Shown piece by piece: positions 13,105 to 25,445 of a stretch of DNA of 36,420 nt; position 1 is the stretch's first letter, and each line of letters starts with the position of its first letter. The position numbers and the translations under genes are program-made. The notes under the pieces are model-generated. The model was not told the DNA's origin. It did not search any database and worked only from the letters and a program-made list of their open reading frames with translations. Source of the DNA: Sphaeroforma arctica JP610 (lineage: Eukaryota); the NCBI RefSeq assembly GCF_001186125.1, contig NW_014040492.1:5418-41837 (forward strand), read 5' to 3'.

Positions 13105-13346
13105 GGTGTATTTATTATTGCATGTTTCAATTTTGTTTTATTGCCAGTCTACAAAATACGTAGAGGCTGCTCTCACGATATCATTCTCAAACAAGTGTGT
13201 CAAAAAGCTAGACTTGCTATCTTATCACACCTCCTTTTGACTGTCCTGCCGGCTGCTTTACTGTTGAGTGAAGCCAAAGTAGCAGCATCTGCTAGTACTA
13301 TATTGTACTATGCTCTAGGAAATTGTGTTCTTGAAATGAAGGCTGC

Positions 13347-13553
13347 TTGAATGTATCACGCCTTGAAGTTTGTTTTCACTTCATTACGAAAAAACACATG
13401 AACAATTAATCGATTTAAAATAATTGATTTATCAAAGCTCCCTACGCAATTGTGTTTGAATGTAACACGCCTTTCGCATTAGTTTTCACTCTATTACGAA
13501 AAACGAGACGAGAACAATTAAACAATTCAAAATATTTGATTTTATCAATGCTT
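13347..13553. repeat. Diverged ~110-bp two-copy tandem duplication downstream of the gene
   Basis: TTGAATGTA.CACGCCTT...TTTTCACT..ATTACGAAAAA...GAACAATTAA...TTGATTT.ATCAA occurs twice. Confidence 0.7.
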
Positions 13554-14337
13554 CAAAATCGGCCATCACCGAAGCTATGAGGAACTATTGTCGCGAGCTG
13601 AATGGACCAATGAGTATCATAATCAGCAAATTGGAATCTCAAAGATCTAATACATGGTGCTAGCACAAGAAAATCGATAAAGGAAGTTTTTGCGGTTGAT
13701 ATCGCAAGTCGTAAGAGTATCTGATTTTGAACGAGATATCACTTTCTAAAAATTTGTTGACACAGTGATTTAAATACAAAATGGACTGCAATAACTCGAC
13801 ATTTGTCGCACATACAAGGTGACATATATACAAAGTTGACTTAACCCCCCCCCCTCCCCCCCCCCTCAGTGTAGAACAAAAGTACACATAAGGTTTTGTA
13901 CTGCTGCGAATTCCTCTCGATATGCCCTATTTATATCCTCTCCACTCTGTGCGACATTTCTTAAGATGCTTTTACTTATTCGCGAGATCAATCAAACTTC
14001 CGACAGGCGCGGGTAAAATTTAGACTTCCACTTCACTCCTGAAGATAGTGCAGGAGATCTAGCAGGTAGTTTACACTTTGCTGGCAAGATATGGGAAAAT
14101 AAAAAGGCCGACAGACTGCCGAAAGAAACTCGAGCCTGGGTCTGAGATACTTACGTATATTTGTCCCAAGTTTGCGCTGATGGGTACAATAGACGTCCCC
14201 CAGCGGGGTAGTTGTATATTTACCTCGTAGTCAAAGGCTGGCCTTGTGGATTGTGCTCTTGTAGCTGAATTCCATAGCCGTCAAATAATGTAGAAGAATT
14301 TGGAGCATGCCATTGGGCTGGGGAAATTGGGCTGCTC

Positions 14338-14764
14338 TCTTGGTATGATTGATTGATTGGTTTTGTTTCATTACTCGGATCCGTTGAAAAAACGATTGAG
14401 ATGACGAAGTGGTATGAGACTGAGGGCGGGACGGTACGCTTATATAAATCAGTAAGTTCTGGATGCGAAAATCGATCACTCACATCAGTCCTATATCCAA
14501 GGTATCAGTCAGGCCGAACCCCATTATTTCAAACTATGTCGTAATATTATCTTGGTATCATTGATTGATTGGTTTTGTTTCATTACTCGGATCCGTTGAA
14601 AAAACGATTGAGATGCCGAAGTGGTATGAGACTGAGGGCGGGACGGTACGCATATAGAAATCAGTAAGTTCTGGATGCGAAAATCGATCACTCACATCAG
14701 TCCTATATCCAAGGTATCAGTCAGGCCGAACCCCATTATTTCAATCTATGTCGTAATATTATCT
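14338..14764. repeat. 212-bp two-copy tandem duplication
   Basis: GGATCCGTTGAAAAAACG at 14377 and 14589; copies nearly identical. Confidence 0.95.
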
Positions 14765-15360
14765 GCCAAATATAATGAAACATGGAGAACACTTGGCGGC
14801 AAATCGATGGATATCCAAAATCGGGTGAAGCACGTACTTCATACAGTTAGGATACAACAGGAGTGGTAACGACGTTCGTGTCGGAGGTGTATAAAATGGA
14901 TGGGGTTCAAGATTAGGGCGTACAAAGATAGCTCCTATTCGGGTATAGAAACTTTGGGCATCGTACATACAACAGGTTTAATGTTACTCAGCATGGCTGT
15001 AGAAACGTTGCAGGGTCGTCGAGAAGCAGTGCTTGATACCGGTACCGCTAAATGAATTACGATAGTTGGTGGACGAACTAGGGAGCAATTTTGTAAGTAC
15101 AATTCCTCTATCATAAGGAGTAGTAAGAGTGAAACATTAGGAACCCGTCCTTGAGGTCTTGATAGAACAGCAAAGGATCCATCGTATGTTCCATGGACTG
15201 AAATACTAGCTCAAGAGAAGGTCGATTTTAGGTCGACGTCTTCAGATGCAGAGTGTGATTTCTTTGATACGTGAGTTGTAAGGAACGTGCAGCCAACCGA
15301 AGAATGACGTGGATGCTCTCGCGTATGGCCAATACAACCGAGTTACTGTTGATGTACCAC

Positions 15361-15819
15361 CTATTGTAGGAATAAAAGCTGAGGAGCTATTCCCTCAGCG
15401 TCATTTTACGGTAAGAAAGAATATAAAGGATGGCTGTGTTGGGAGTGAAGGTTGTAGAGTTGTCAACTTCATGTATAATAGCAACGATGATATGGATACA
15501 GTGTTAATACCCCCGGGAGTGTTGTATATTGACGCAGACGGATATTGCACTTGTGCCAATCTGAAATGTGTCAACAAGGAACTAAATGCTATTGTAGAAA
15601 TAAAAGCTGAGGAGCTATTCCCTCAGCGTCATTTTACGGTAAGAAAGATTATAAAGGATGGCTGTGTTGGGAGTGAAGGTTGTAGAGTGGTCAACTTCAT
15701 GTATAATAGCAACGATGATATGGATACAGTGTTAATACCTCCGGGAGTGTTGTATATTGACGCAGACGGATATTGCACTTGTGCTAATCTGAAATGTGTC
15801 AACAAGGAACTAAATGCTG
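15361..15819. repeat. 228-bp two-copy tandem duplication
   Basis: ATTGTAG.AATAAAAGCTGAGG at 15363 and 15591. Confidence 0.95.
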
Positions 15820-16956
15820 ATATTTTACTATATTCTGCAAAGCGAAAGAATCTGTTTCAGAGTTTTTGTCAGCTGGAAGTTGTATAAGAACCTAGAAAGT
15901 ACTTGAAGTTAACAACACCTTGGAAATCATGATGGAATACCTCTTAACCTGCATGAAGCACCATGACACATGCAATAGATCTTGGAAGGCCTACTCATGT
16001 TTTTATTAGGTATCCTGTGGTTCTGATCATATTCACTCTATTGAAGCATTGGGATTGCCCCTTAGCGTTTCTGTGCGTATACAAAGGGAGGAAAGTTGTA
16101 CAGTTGTACTTATCAACGTGCAACCAACTAGGCATATTATCGTCAATTGATCATATTTTCGCCGGCAGGTAGTAGTATCAAGACGTTCGGTAGTTGGAGA
16201 GAGAGTCTTTACGATCACGGATGTGCACAAAAAGACAAAAACGTTCAGAAGAGTGTGTAGGCTATATTTGTCATAAATAAAGTCGATAATTTATTGGGCG
16301 ACATTTACAAGCGTGCTTGATAGAATCTAAATTCTAGAGTTGATTCGCCCGGCTGGCAGTATATTATTAATTGAATTCGTAAATACGTCGTAAATACTGA
16401 TTTGGCCCGGGAAATCACACACGCCATATTTGGTTGTGAGCCAGGGTAAGGGCAATGGGTATGTGTTGAACATATAAACATCTCTTAACCATTATAGAAC
16501 TATGTATTATAGTATGATCCTTTATTTTATATATTTTATGGTATGTATGTTATCCTATGACTATTAAGTTGACTCATTTATAACTATGCACTAAGTTATC
16601 CATGATTTTGCTGGTTCTGTACATATATCTATTGTATACAATATAATTGCCAACAAATGTCACGATCAAGTTTGAATGACTAATTTATTGATTGATGAAT
16701 AAAAGTAGTTACAGCTCATACCACAATTAATTGACGAACGATCAATTGGAAAGCACACTGCGTGAATAAACAGAGGCGGCCGGAGGGCTGTGAGCTAGAT
16801 GCTCGAGGTCTCGACGAGCGGAAAGACGGGTAGTGGTGACAGTGGTGGAAGTTGGTGTAACTGCTTAGTGTGGAGTACCGACATAGTGGTACATTTTCCA
16901 GCTTTGTAGAAGCTCAACAGGGAGGGCAACGGGAGGTAAGTATATTTAGAGTGACA

Positions 16957-17042
16957 AAGTTTTGTATATCCTATGTGTCACGTGTGAAGTGAGAGGTGCA
17001 AGTTTTGTATATCCTATGAGTCACGTGTGAAGTGAGGGGTGC
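16957..17042. repeat. 43-bp two-copy tandem duplication
   Basis: AAGTTTTGTATATCCTATG.GTCACGTGTGAAGTGAG.GGTGC twice. Confidence 0.9.
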
Positions 17043-17399
17043 GGCCAATAAGGACTTCGTAGTCGACAGTGCTTTAAATTTTGTGGGGTTTACAAGCGAC
17101 AGGACCTTCAAGACTGAAAACGACGACATAACCATAGCGTTCCTGGAAAAGGCGGTGCACATGTAGCCATCAATTGGAAGGGAAGATGTGGCGTTCGTCA
17201 GTAACCAATATTTGGTTGCGAATCATGCCTGCCAAAGACATAGCGCGTGGTCACATACTGACGGGTTGGCCAGATTATATATTCCTATTTAAAATAGTAT
17301 TTCTATTGGGGTGTGGTGCATGTCAGTGTTTTGCTAAGGGCCATATTGCGAGCTATAAGCATAGCGCGGTCATCTGAGGCATGTATTGCGCGATATATC

Positions 17400-17560
17400 T
17401 TCAAGCTGTGTAGGCATGATTGTTTTTTGTGTTCGTGGGCGATCTGTGACAGAGTTCACAGCGAGTGGCATCGCATACCATGTTCATAGCATACTTATAC
17501 TATCAAGAGGCATTAGTCCTTCTAAATCGACGCAGAACTGCTCGCGGGTCTGTGTACGTT
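17400..17560 (-). pseudogene. Decayed retroelement integrase core fragment, Ty1/Copia-like
   Basis: Minus strand 17543-17461 reads EQFCVDLEGLMPLDS / frameshift / YKYAMNMVCDATR, resembling Copia ExxHxDLxGPMP..S..YKYF..F.DDATR. Extent of the element unknown. Confidence 0.5.
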
Positions 17561-17576
17561 ATGAGAAGTATTGGGG

Positions 17577-17722
17577 ATGTGTGACTAGCTATTTTGAAAT
17601 TTGTGGTCATTAGGTCAAGTGGGTATCCTATAACGGTAGTGTCATGATATGTGTGACTAGCTATTTTGAAATTTGTGGTCATTAGGTCAAGTGGGTATCC
17701 TATAACGGTAGTGTCATGATAT
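17577..17722. repeat. 72-bp two-copy tandem duplication
   Basis: GTGACTAGCTATTTTG at 17581 and 17653. Confidence 0.93.
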
Positions 17723-18116
17723 AGAAACTAGAAGGTGTCTGCCATGATCAGTACGGTATATGGCTTGCATTGGATATCCCTGATAAAGGAGAGTCACCAT
17801 TCGGCTAAGGGCCAAAGAGATTATAGCGATACCAGAGATCGTGCTGATATCAAAATCATGTCGCTAATAGCAGTCCGGTATGAGTTAGCGCAGCAACGAC
17901 TGAAGAGAATATTTACTTTCCGGAAGTCATTAACAAGCTATAATCCCGTCTTCGAGGGCAGCAACCTTTGGGAGATAGGTGTTTAAAGAGCAGGTAGTAA
18001 ATTAGGTGAATCACTAAACCAACTAATTTAGTATGTACTTGGTCGGTTGGTCCAGTCATCCATCTAATTAACTACGAAACTAAAAAAGTGCCGCGAGTAC
18101 TTCGATCGCAGACCGT

Positions 18117-18206
18117 ACGATCCGCTCCCGGGTGAACTTCTCTGAACTGTCCATGCTGGAAACGATCCGCTCCCGGGTGAACTTCTCGGAACTGTCCACG
18201 CTGGAA
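18117..18206. repeat. 45-bp tandem duplication with a diverged third copy at ~18452-18520
   Basis: ACGATCCGCTCCCGGGTGAACTTCTC twice; ACGATTCGCTCCTGGATGAATTTCTT downstream. Confidence 0.85.
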
Positions 18207-18865
18207 TCACTACTCTCGGGCGGATATCTCGGTACCCCCCGCGCTGGGAATAGTGCTAGTACTAGGCTGATTGACACACATCACACCATATACCCAACAA
18301 GGTAAAATTCGAACTCGTGACCTCTCTGGTTTTACAATGAAATAGAGATATGACTGAAGCAACCAACCTAGTACTAGGTTAGTTGGTTCAATCATTCACC
18401 AAGTTCACTACAGATTTGTTAAGTGTCGCGAATTCTTAAACTTAATTCCGTACGATTCGCTCCTGGATGAATTTCTTTGAACTTTCCACGCCGAAATCAC
18501 AATTTTTCTGGGCGGATACTAATAGACCCAACCGAAGGAACGGCCGTACGGGCCATTCTGGAATTTAATATCGCCACCTATTTGAGTAATTGGTTGATTG
18601 AAGAATTGTGATGACTAATTCGGCATCATCAAAATTTAGAAACTAGGATACCAAAATCATAGATACGGATATTTTCACGAAACCCATCGTTAGAGAAAAT
18701 CCCGTCCCATGTAGAAACGTGAAAAATAAAAACAGCAAACGCGCCGTCCAGAACGGCACTTTTGACTGAGTTCACTCATTCAGAATTGCCACTTTTTACT
18801 AAGCACTCACTAATCGGGTTGACTACATTTATAAGTGACGGAACTACTGTATTTATTGCATTTCC

Positions 18866-19053
18866 GAGTTAACTATACTCAATTTATTTATTTTTCGAGT
18901 ATCGTGATGAATGGTCCTACTACTCTACCGGTATCAAGAAAGTCTGCGACCGCTTGTTGAGTTAACTATACCCAATTTATTTATTTTTCGAGTATCATGA
19001 TGAATGGTTCTACTACTCTACCGGTATCAAGAAAGTCTGCGACCGGTTGTTGA
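18866..19053. repeat. 93-bp two-copy tandem duplication
   Basis: GAGTTAACTATAC at 18866 and 18959. Confidence 0.93.
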
Positions 19054-20549
19054 AACGACTGCTTGGGGTTCCATAACAATTATCTCATATTTGCACTAAG
19101 GTGGGAGCAGCTTTCGTTCTTGATCCGACTCCGAAAAATGAGTCTAGAGCAGAGACTTACGTTACGCTGGTCCGACTAGTTGCTGATGCCAACATTCGAT
19201 TACCACCTTGGATTCGGTCATGCAACGTCTTTGGATTGCCGAGGGGATGACCATTTCGGATACTGTCACACGTGCAGAAAGCGGCTGCAGCTTCAACTCC
19301 GTGAATTCTCGGTAGTGACGAATGGTTCATCTCACCTTGATGTTATTACCTGGTCGACTATGCAGAATGACAGCGCTACGCAGCAAGTAGTACAATTGAT
19401 ACAACAGCAATGGGCTCTTCAACACCACTCATGTAAAGCGGGTCCAACAGTACGAAGCAGATCAGCCCTGTGAAACGTAGGTGGTGCCGGAGGAAATCAG
19501 GAATTGAAGATCGTTGCCAGATCACCTGACAGACTACATTATCTGAACCGAGTGGATTTGCATTTTGCGTCTGGAGATACACGGAGCATGACATCGCCGC
19601 TGAAACGTGCTTTTGATGTGTTCCGAGAGGTGATAAAATCTCTGTTCCTCCCACTTAATCAAAGACAAGTTTTGGCGAATTTATTCATAGACAATCTGTA
19701 ATGTCATTGGCCGCCACGCTCACCAGAAGAAATGAAGAAAAACATAGACACAACCAGTGCGCCCATTGACATGCTAACCGTAGACACACCCCTGTTTATC
19801 ACGTCCCCCGCAAGCAGTAGGACGCCGCAAGGGCACCGAGACGCAAGATAAATGCCTTACTGAGAGACTACAGTAGTAGACGTATTTCTATATACGTTAA
19901 TAACGTTTTACGTCGTCAGCCCGAGAGTAATTTGGGACTTGTTCTCAAATTAATATAAGTATAGGTGGGTCAGCCCGAGAGAACGTAAGAGTAATTTGAG
20001 ACTTCTTCTCAGATTATTCTATTTATAGAATACGGGCCACCGGCTAGCCGAGAGCCGAGGCCCGAGACTGAGTGTAGTAACAGAGAATATGATATATTTA
20101 TTTCTAGAAAATATATCCGAGTGCTAAAGTGTTCTGCAAAAGGTTTCTCATACTTATTATGAGTTTTTACCCTGGCCAACCCAAGTGGTTGAACACTAGT
20201 ACAAACACCACCAGTATATAACTGAGGGTGAGATCATAAATAAATTCATTCGAATGCACCATACTTCAGATACATTTGCACTCCATCTAAAGTCTTCTAC
20301 ATAGCACTCTAACACTTACTGTCGGCGACGGCCAAGATAAATTCTCAGCGCATGTAGAAAGTAGAAGTGCACAGGGGAACGTATATAAAATGCACGAGCG
20401 TTGCAGAGTATAATCCGCGCATCAAATGTGCCCTTGAAAACTTGTTCAATGACATCGAATAAGCGAATACCAAAGCAATGGCCGCCTAATTCAGAAAGAA
20501 CCCCTAATTGGACAACCCACATTATGTACAGATACACTCGTTTATTCTG

Positions 20550-22182
20550 GATTGAGATAGAATGCGTGTCATGAATTGTATCAGATTAGTTTGCAAACGG
20601 GGCCACATAGAGTTATACAGAAAGAGGGAGCTTTCAAGGCACTTTTGGATTTCACAGTTGAGGACGTACATAATATGTAGTCCTAGGAAGCCACGGCTGT
20701 TATTGTGCGCACACAATAACCAGATTTCGAAGGTAAGAAAAAGATGCGCGAGGTATTCCGTTTGAGCATTGATAAGGCAGAAGAGCATCGCTCAGAAAAT
20801 TTCTCGCAACTGCACTTCAAATTTCGGGCGGCTCACGTTTATAGTCCCAATTGCGCTCAGACGTGAATATTAGAGCTAACCCGTATGCTCCTCCAGCATC
20901 GAACCCTCAAGTTCGGTGGCATCATGTGAACAGAATTTTCCACCAGGACCTGCACGTGAAAACCAATGGCTCAGATGCCAGAACCCACCGCCTAACCCCG
21001 GCAATAATCAGCGCAAATGTACATCTAGTACGGGCGCATCGGTACGTTCAACGAATACGTCGAGTCATCAATTCCACCCTAGAGTTATGAGGAAATACTT
21101 TAGATATACATGGCCTACAAGCACGAATTGTGGATTGGTTTAATATCTGCTTGCTTATGAATCCAAGAGTATAAGAGACAACCACGAACTTGGAGAGAAG
21201 ATTATAGATTTCTGAGAGAGCCAAAAGGAAGAATTCGCCAATTATCTATTCGTGGAGGCTCGTCGAGAACACAATGCAGTCTTCACTGATCCAGAGACGT
21301 ATGTAATTAATGTTTAGGACAAACTAAGTTGAATTAATTTTACCTTTTCAAATTCAAAGGGGCTCCTTTCTTGAGACGCGGATATACAACAGCTATGGTT
21401 CTGTTTATTGTCAAATAACTTACAATGTAGTAGGTATGTAAACAATTCGTCTTTTACTTACCAGTGACTTGCCTTGCCGCCAAGAAAACAAATAGTATTT
21501 ACATATCTGCATCCCCTAAGAGTATTTACCTCGCAATTTTGACAGAGCAAGCAAATTTTGTGCATCTGGACATGAGAAGTGCAAACATAATAGATATGCT
21601 TATACTTTATTCGAATTGGCATATGAAGAAAAGAAAAGAGTATCAGGACGAAGCTAGGCAGCTCAAGCATGAAGGAAAGCAGATATGCAATACAGATATC
21701 AAATGAACCATGACTGATTGACAAGACCGTTATTATATATATGCACGTATACAAACCCTTTTTATGAATTTAATTTCTCCAGGTTACACCCTGGGCGGTA
21801 GAAAAGACTATAGCCCACCTCAATAAGTTAAAACCATGTACCGTATCTATCGTGAGCAATGCTGTAAACGGAATTTGGTTCGATTGCCAGGTAAACTTCA
21901 AATCGCACAGTTCAACAGTACAGACCTGCTCAGTCAAGCTGGTACGCTCTCGGGGAGTTATAGATTGTGAGAGCTGCAGTTTGCATGTGTCTGAAAGTAC
22001 CTCTGTACAACAAATGTTGGTATTCGCGATTGTTTTGGGTGGAAACTTACATCTTGCAAACCAGTTTCACGGGACAATCGATGTCCCTTGACTTTGAAAA
22101 TATGGAGCAGTATTCACTGCTTCCCTGTCCTACTCCGAGACCAGCGGGTCGCCCGAAGAAACGGTACGAAGTCATCACGTAG
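20550..22182 (+). pseudogene. Decayed MULE/Mutator-like transposase remnant
   Basis: Fragmentary motifs in expected order: FQGTFG (DGTF-like), VRWHHVNR (CxFH-like), KYFRYTW, SWIM-like IDCESC..KYLC, and C-terminal PAGRPKK. Many stops; no TIRs identified. Confidence 0.4.
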
Positions 22183-22741
22183 GTAAGTAATTATGTTTTG
22201 ATGCGTTTTAATTGAAAAATACTGTGCTCTTTCAAAGACCAAGATGTAAATCACCTTTTCCATTTTGATTGTATTAGGGATCATGTACTTAAGTAAACTA
22301 TAAACACCTTTTCCACTCTGATTGTATCGGGAATCATGCACTTAAGAAGACTATAACGTGCTCGAAGTGTGGAGAAGCTGGCCAAAACATCAATACCTGC
22401 GATGGCGAGTATGTGGTTTATTGATTTATTCGATTCTGCGCGTGCTCGTCAGTCACTATAGCAAGTCACTTTTGTGTAATCATTTGTGGCTTGTTCGCTT
22501 AAATTTTTTTTTACTCTCTTACAGCGACAATTCGTATCAACTAAAGAACCTTCGAAGTATACGAAAGCTAATAGAAGATCACTAAAGTTCGAGGTAAGGA
22601 ACATTGTCAGTGATTGCAATGTTAAGTTTGTTGCTTGTGATATATTGTGTAATTGATTTCCAGGTGTTGTGAATCGCCTGCTCAAACGCACAGACAAAAA
22701 TAAACGCCAACGAAGATGCACTCAGCGAATCAAAACAATAG

Positions 22742-22990
22742 CACCGTTAAGAATTCTTCCCTACGGGAGATGCCAACGACTGATGCGCCACCTTCATCAA
22801 CGTCATCTACCACGTATGTCTATTCGGTTTCTTAAAAATAACGAATTGATGCTGATAAGGGAAGAAATTGATGATCGTGTCTTTAACGAAAAACCCCAAA
22901 ACAGTGACACCGTTAAGGATTCGCCCCTACGGGAGATGTCAACGACTGATGCGCCACTTTCATCAACGTCATCTGCCACGTATCTATATT
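22742..22990. repeat. ~85-bp segment duplicated at ~167-bp spacing
   Basis: CACCGTTAAG.ATTC..CCCTACGGGAGATG.CAACGACTGATGCGCCAC.TTCATCAACGTCATCT.CCACGTAT twice. Confidence 0.85.
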
Positions 22991-24499
22991 TAGGGAAGAA
23001 ATTGAAGAAAAAAATCACCCTGTGATGCGATTTTTTTTAAATGAGATATTGTTTCTGGTCAGATTGGGAAAATTTACGCACTACCGGTGGTGTTCAACAA
23101 TTTGAATTTTCGAATGAGCCATTGACCAAGGAAAATCAAGCTTAAGGATCTTGCGATTCATTGGATATTGTTTGGTTCAGTTGTACATTTTGACGGCTAA
23201 CTGCAGATAGCAGTATGCACAGTATTTTCATATTAGCCTACAGTCCCACACTCAACAGACAGGGCCATAGCCCATTGGGCACAGGCCCACAGCCTCACAG
23301 CCTCACAGCGACATGCCATACCGCCATAGGGCACAGGGCACAGTCTCACAGAGTCAGACTATTGTCGACGAAATAAATTCAAAAAAAATTTCCCGAGCTC
23401 AGCTCACGCCGCCCTGCCGCGTAGAATCATGTTTCACAATCACAAGTTATATAAAATTACGAAATTCTGTTCACAGGGGAAATTTAAGACACGTTACTAC
23501 GTGTATAGAGAAACTGATGCCGCAATGGGAACAAACGATTGATTCGGGAGAACATCAAAAGGGAGCTTCTTTACATGAAATTATCAAGCAATATGAAAAG
23601 GAGAGGGAAGTTTTCTCTTAAAGGCCTCGACTAATTTTGCCGGTATGTATGGGATTTCAGTGGCGCATCGAATGGATATAGAACATTTTCGAAATGTGTC
23701 TTTCAAAGAATAGATTGATACAAAGTCTGACTTCCATAGTTTAATTCGCTCTGTCACCGCCCTGTCACAGATATCATTACGTCCATCCCAGATGCTGATA
23801 ACAATCCGGCACCTATGCAGACAGAAACCTCTCCAGTGAAATGTGACACGGAAACCAGTGAAAGTATGTTTTTCAGGCTGTATATCTCTGATAATTGAGT
23901 TAGTGTAAAGACTATATTTGAGTAACGTAATGATTATGCTCATATTCAAAACTTGTGTTTGCTGACATAATATGTATATTACTTGGTACAGAGACAGGCT
24001 CTTCTTCTATCGTTGCAGACAAGGAATGCACATCCAGCCAATTGAGAACAACAGCTAGTAACCACAACGAGAATGACTACGCATCAAAATGTGTCTTACA
24101 TTTTTGAGAAGGATTGTCGCTTCTCTGTAAGGTGAAACTCGGTAAAGTTTTTATTGATCCCCATATTCCCAACCTACAATTAGCAGTGAACTGCCAGAAA
24201 TTAGAACATCAAACATATCAGGCCGAAATCCATGCATCGGGTGCACCAATGAGGGAAAAACTGGCTGCAAACGGCAACGCACGCCTAGCAACCAAACGAA
24301 GCAAAATGCTTGGCAAGTCTAGAGCGCTAATGACTAGCAAAAATCAGTTGTATCGCTCTACGTTGTTGAGAAAGAGAGCGCCGCCTTCTACAATAAGCAG
24401 TGGGAACAGTGAATATGTAGAAAAGAAGCGAAAGGGAATAATCAACGTATATACCTATGTAGCGATGGGTACTGTGGCAGAGTCGAAATCATTTTATGT

Positions 24500-25155
24500 C
24501 GGTGGCTGGATCTTGCAGGAGAACATTGTAGTACAACGCTGCAAATCAGGGGAGTGGATCAAAAGCTCGCTTTTGTCCGGGGTATTCTACCATTTAATCA
24601 CAATTACTATCTCTGGCTGTTCGTTTCTGTGATGCTGATGCACACAGAGCATGGATGAAGGACTTATACAAGTATCTTAGGGCAGAAAGCTTACGATTTA
24701 AGGGACCACCACAGGTGTCCGAAAAGATCTCTGTATTGATCCCATGGAATCATAGCAACGCACATTGGAACTCGGTGATTGTTACATTGTGCACAACTAA
24801 CGCTACAGCCACTATTTTAGATAGTATGCCAAATTCTGTTAGAGCTGACGAACAATTCAATTATATAGTACGATGGATGAAATGTTACCTCACAGATAAT
24901 GTTACATACAGCCTAAAAGTAGGCGGTATAAACCAACACGACAGTTTTGGCAGTGGGGTTTTGCTTTGTGCCTATGTTAGAGCAGTATCAGAAAATCCAC
25001 AACTCGTGCATGATTTGGAGGCATTGTCTTCGCACAAAAATGCCACAAGCGTCCAACATGACAACAGAATTAGAAAATGGATTTCCGAAACACTATTCTC
25101 CTATATTCCTGTAAAAGAGCATCACAGACCACGTGAGCTGCGTACCAGGCAGTGA
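24500..25155 (+). pseudogene. Ulp1-like (peptidase C48, SUMO/ubiquitin-like protease) domain, disrupted
   Basis: GEWIKS; then VLIPWNHSNAHW (catalytic His), ILDSM (Asp) and INQHDSFGSGV (Gln oxyanion; Ser at the catalytic Cys position). Frame break near 24630-24655. Confidence 0.75.
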
Positions 25156-25293
25156 GATAAACTTGAATGAAGCAGTATATATCAACACCAATCAATAAAA
25201 GACAACATACCCCCCCTCAACACATTTATTCGTTAAAAAAAATGGATATAGCCGCAGGCTCTTTAATTTAAATTTATGCAAATTTTGCACGAT

Positions 25294-25445
25294 AAAGTCA
25301 CTAAATGTACATAAAAAATTTGGAATTGTCGCTAAATGTACACTTGTACAGATTTGATCTATATTTCAGTACGTTTTCATCAAGAAAAAGGGTGAATGTA
25401 CATTTGGTGACTTTTCCACATTTTCAATGTACATTTAGCGACTTT
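25294..25445. mobile_element. 152-bp fold-back/MITE-like element with 19-bp terminal and nested subterminal inverted repeats
   Basis: AAAGTCACTAAATGTACAT (25294-25312) vs ATGTACATTTAGCGACTTT (25427-25445), 1 mismatch; inner copies at 25328-25342 and 25396-25414. No clear TSD. Confidence 0.55.

Larger units (their letters stand above)
13845..16270 (-). pseudogene. Highly decayed Ty3/Gypsy-like pol remnant with a possible polypurine tract
   Basis: Minus-strand PQPNG..LHYLTAMEFSYKSTIHKAS (~14231-14330) resembles the integrase PQxNG..AEFAYNSxxH segment. Weaker matches: ILDIHRFAAK, AFSS..AQVQYP (RNase H-like), SIDD and FQGVVNF (RT-like), in Gypsy order. G10-A-G10 tract on minus at 13845-13865. 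Many stops and frameshifts; boundaries approximate. Confidence 0.45.

Noticed and set aside
15309..15887. 192-aa + strand ORF with an internal 76-aa repeat
   Set aside because: Its length is due to the 228-bp duplication, there is no recognisable motif, and the region looks like decayed minus-strand pol.
16440..20176. 10-bp inverted match GCCAGGGTAA/TTACCCTGGC as TIRs of a 3.7-kb DNA transposon
   Set aside because: Too short, does not extend inward, has no TSD; expected by chance in 36 kb.
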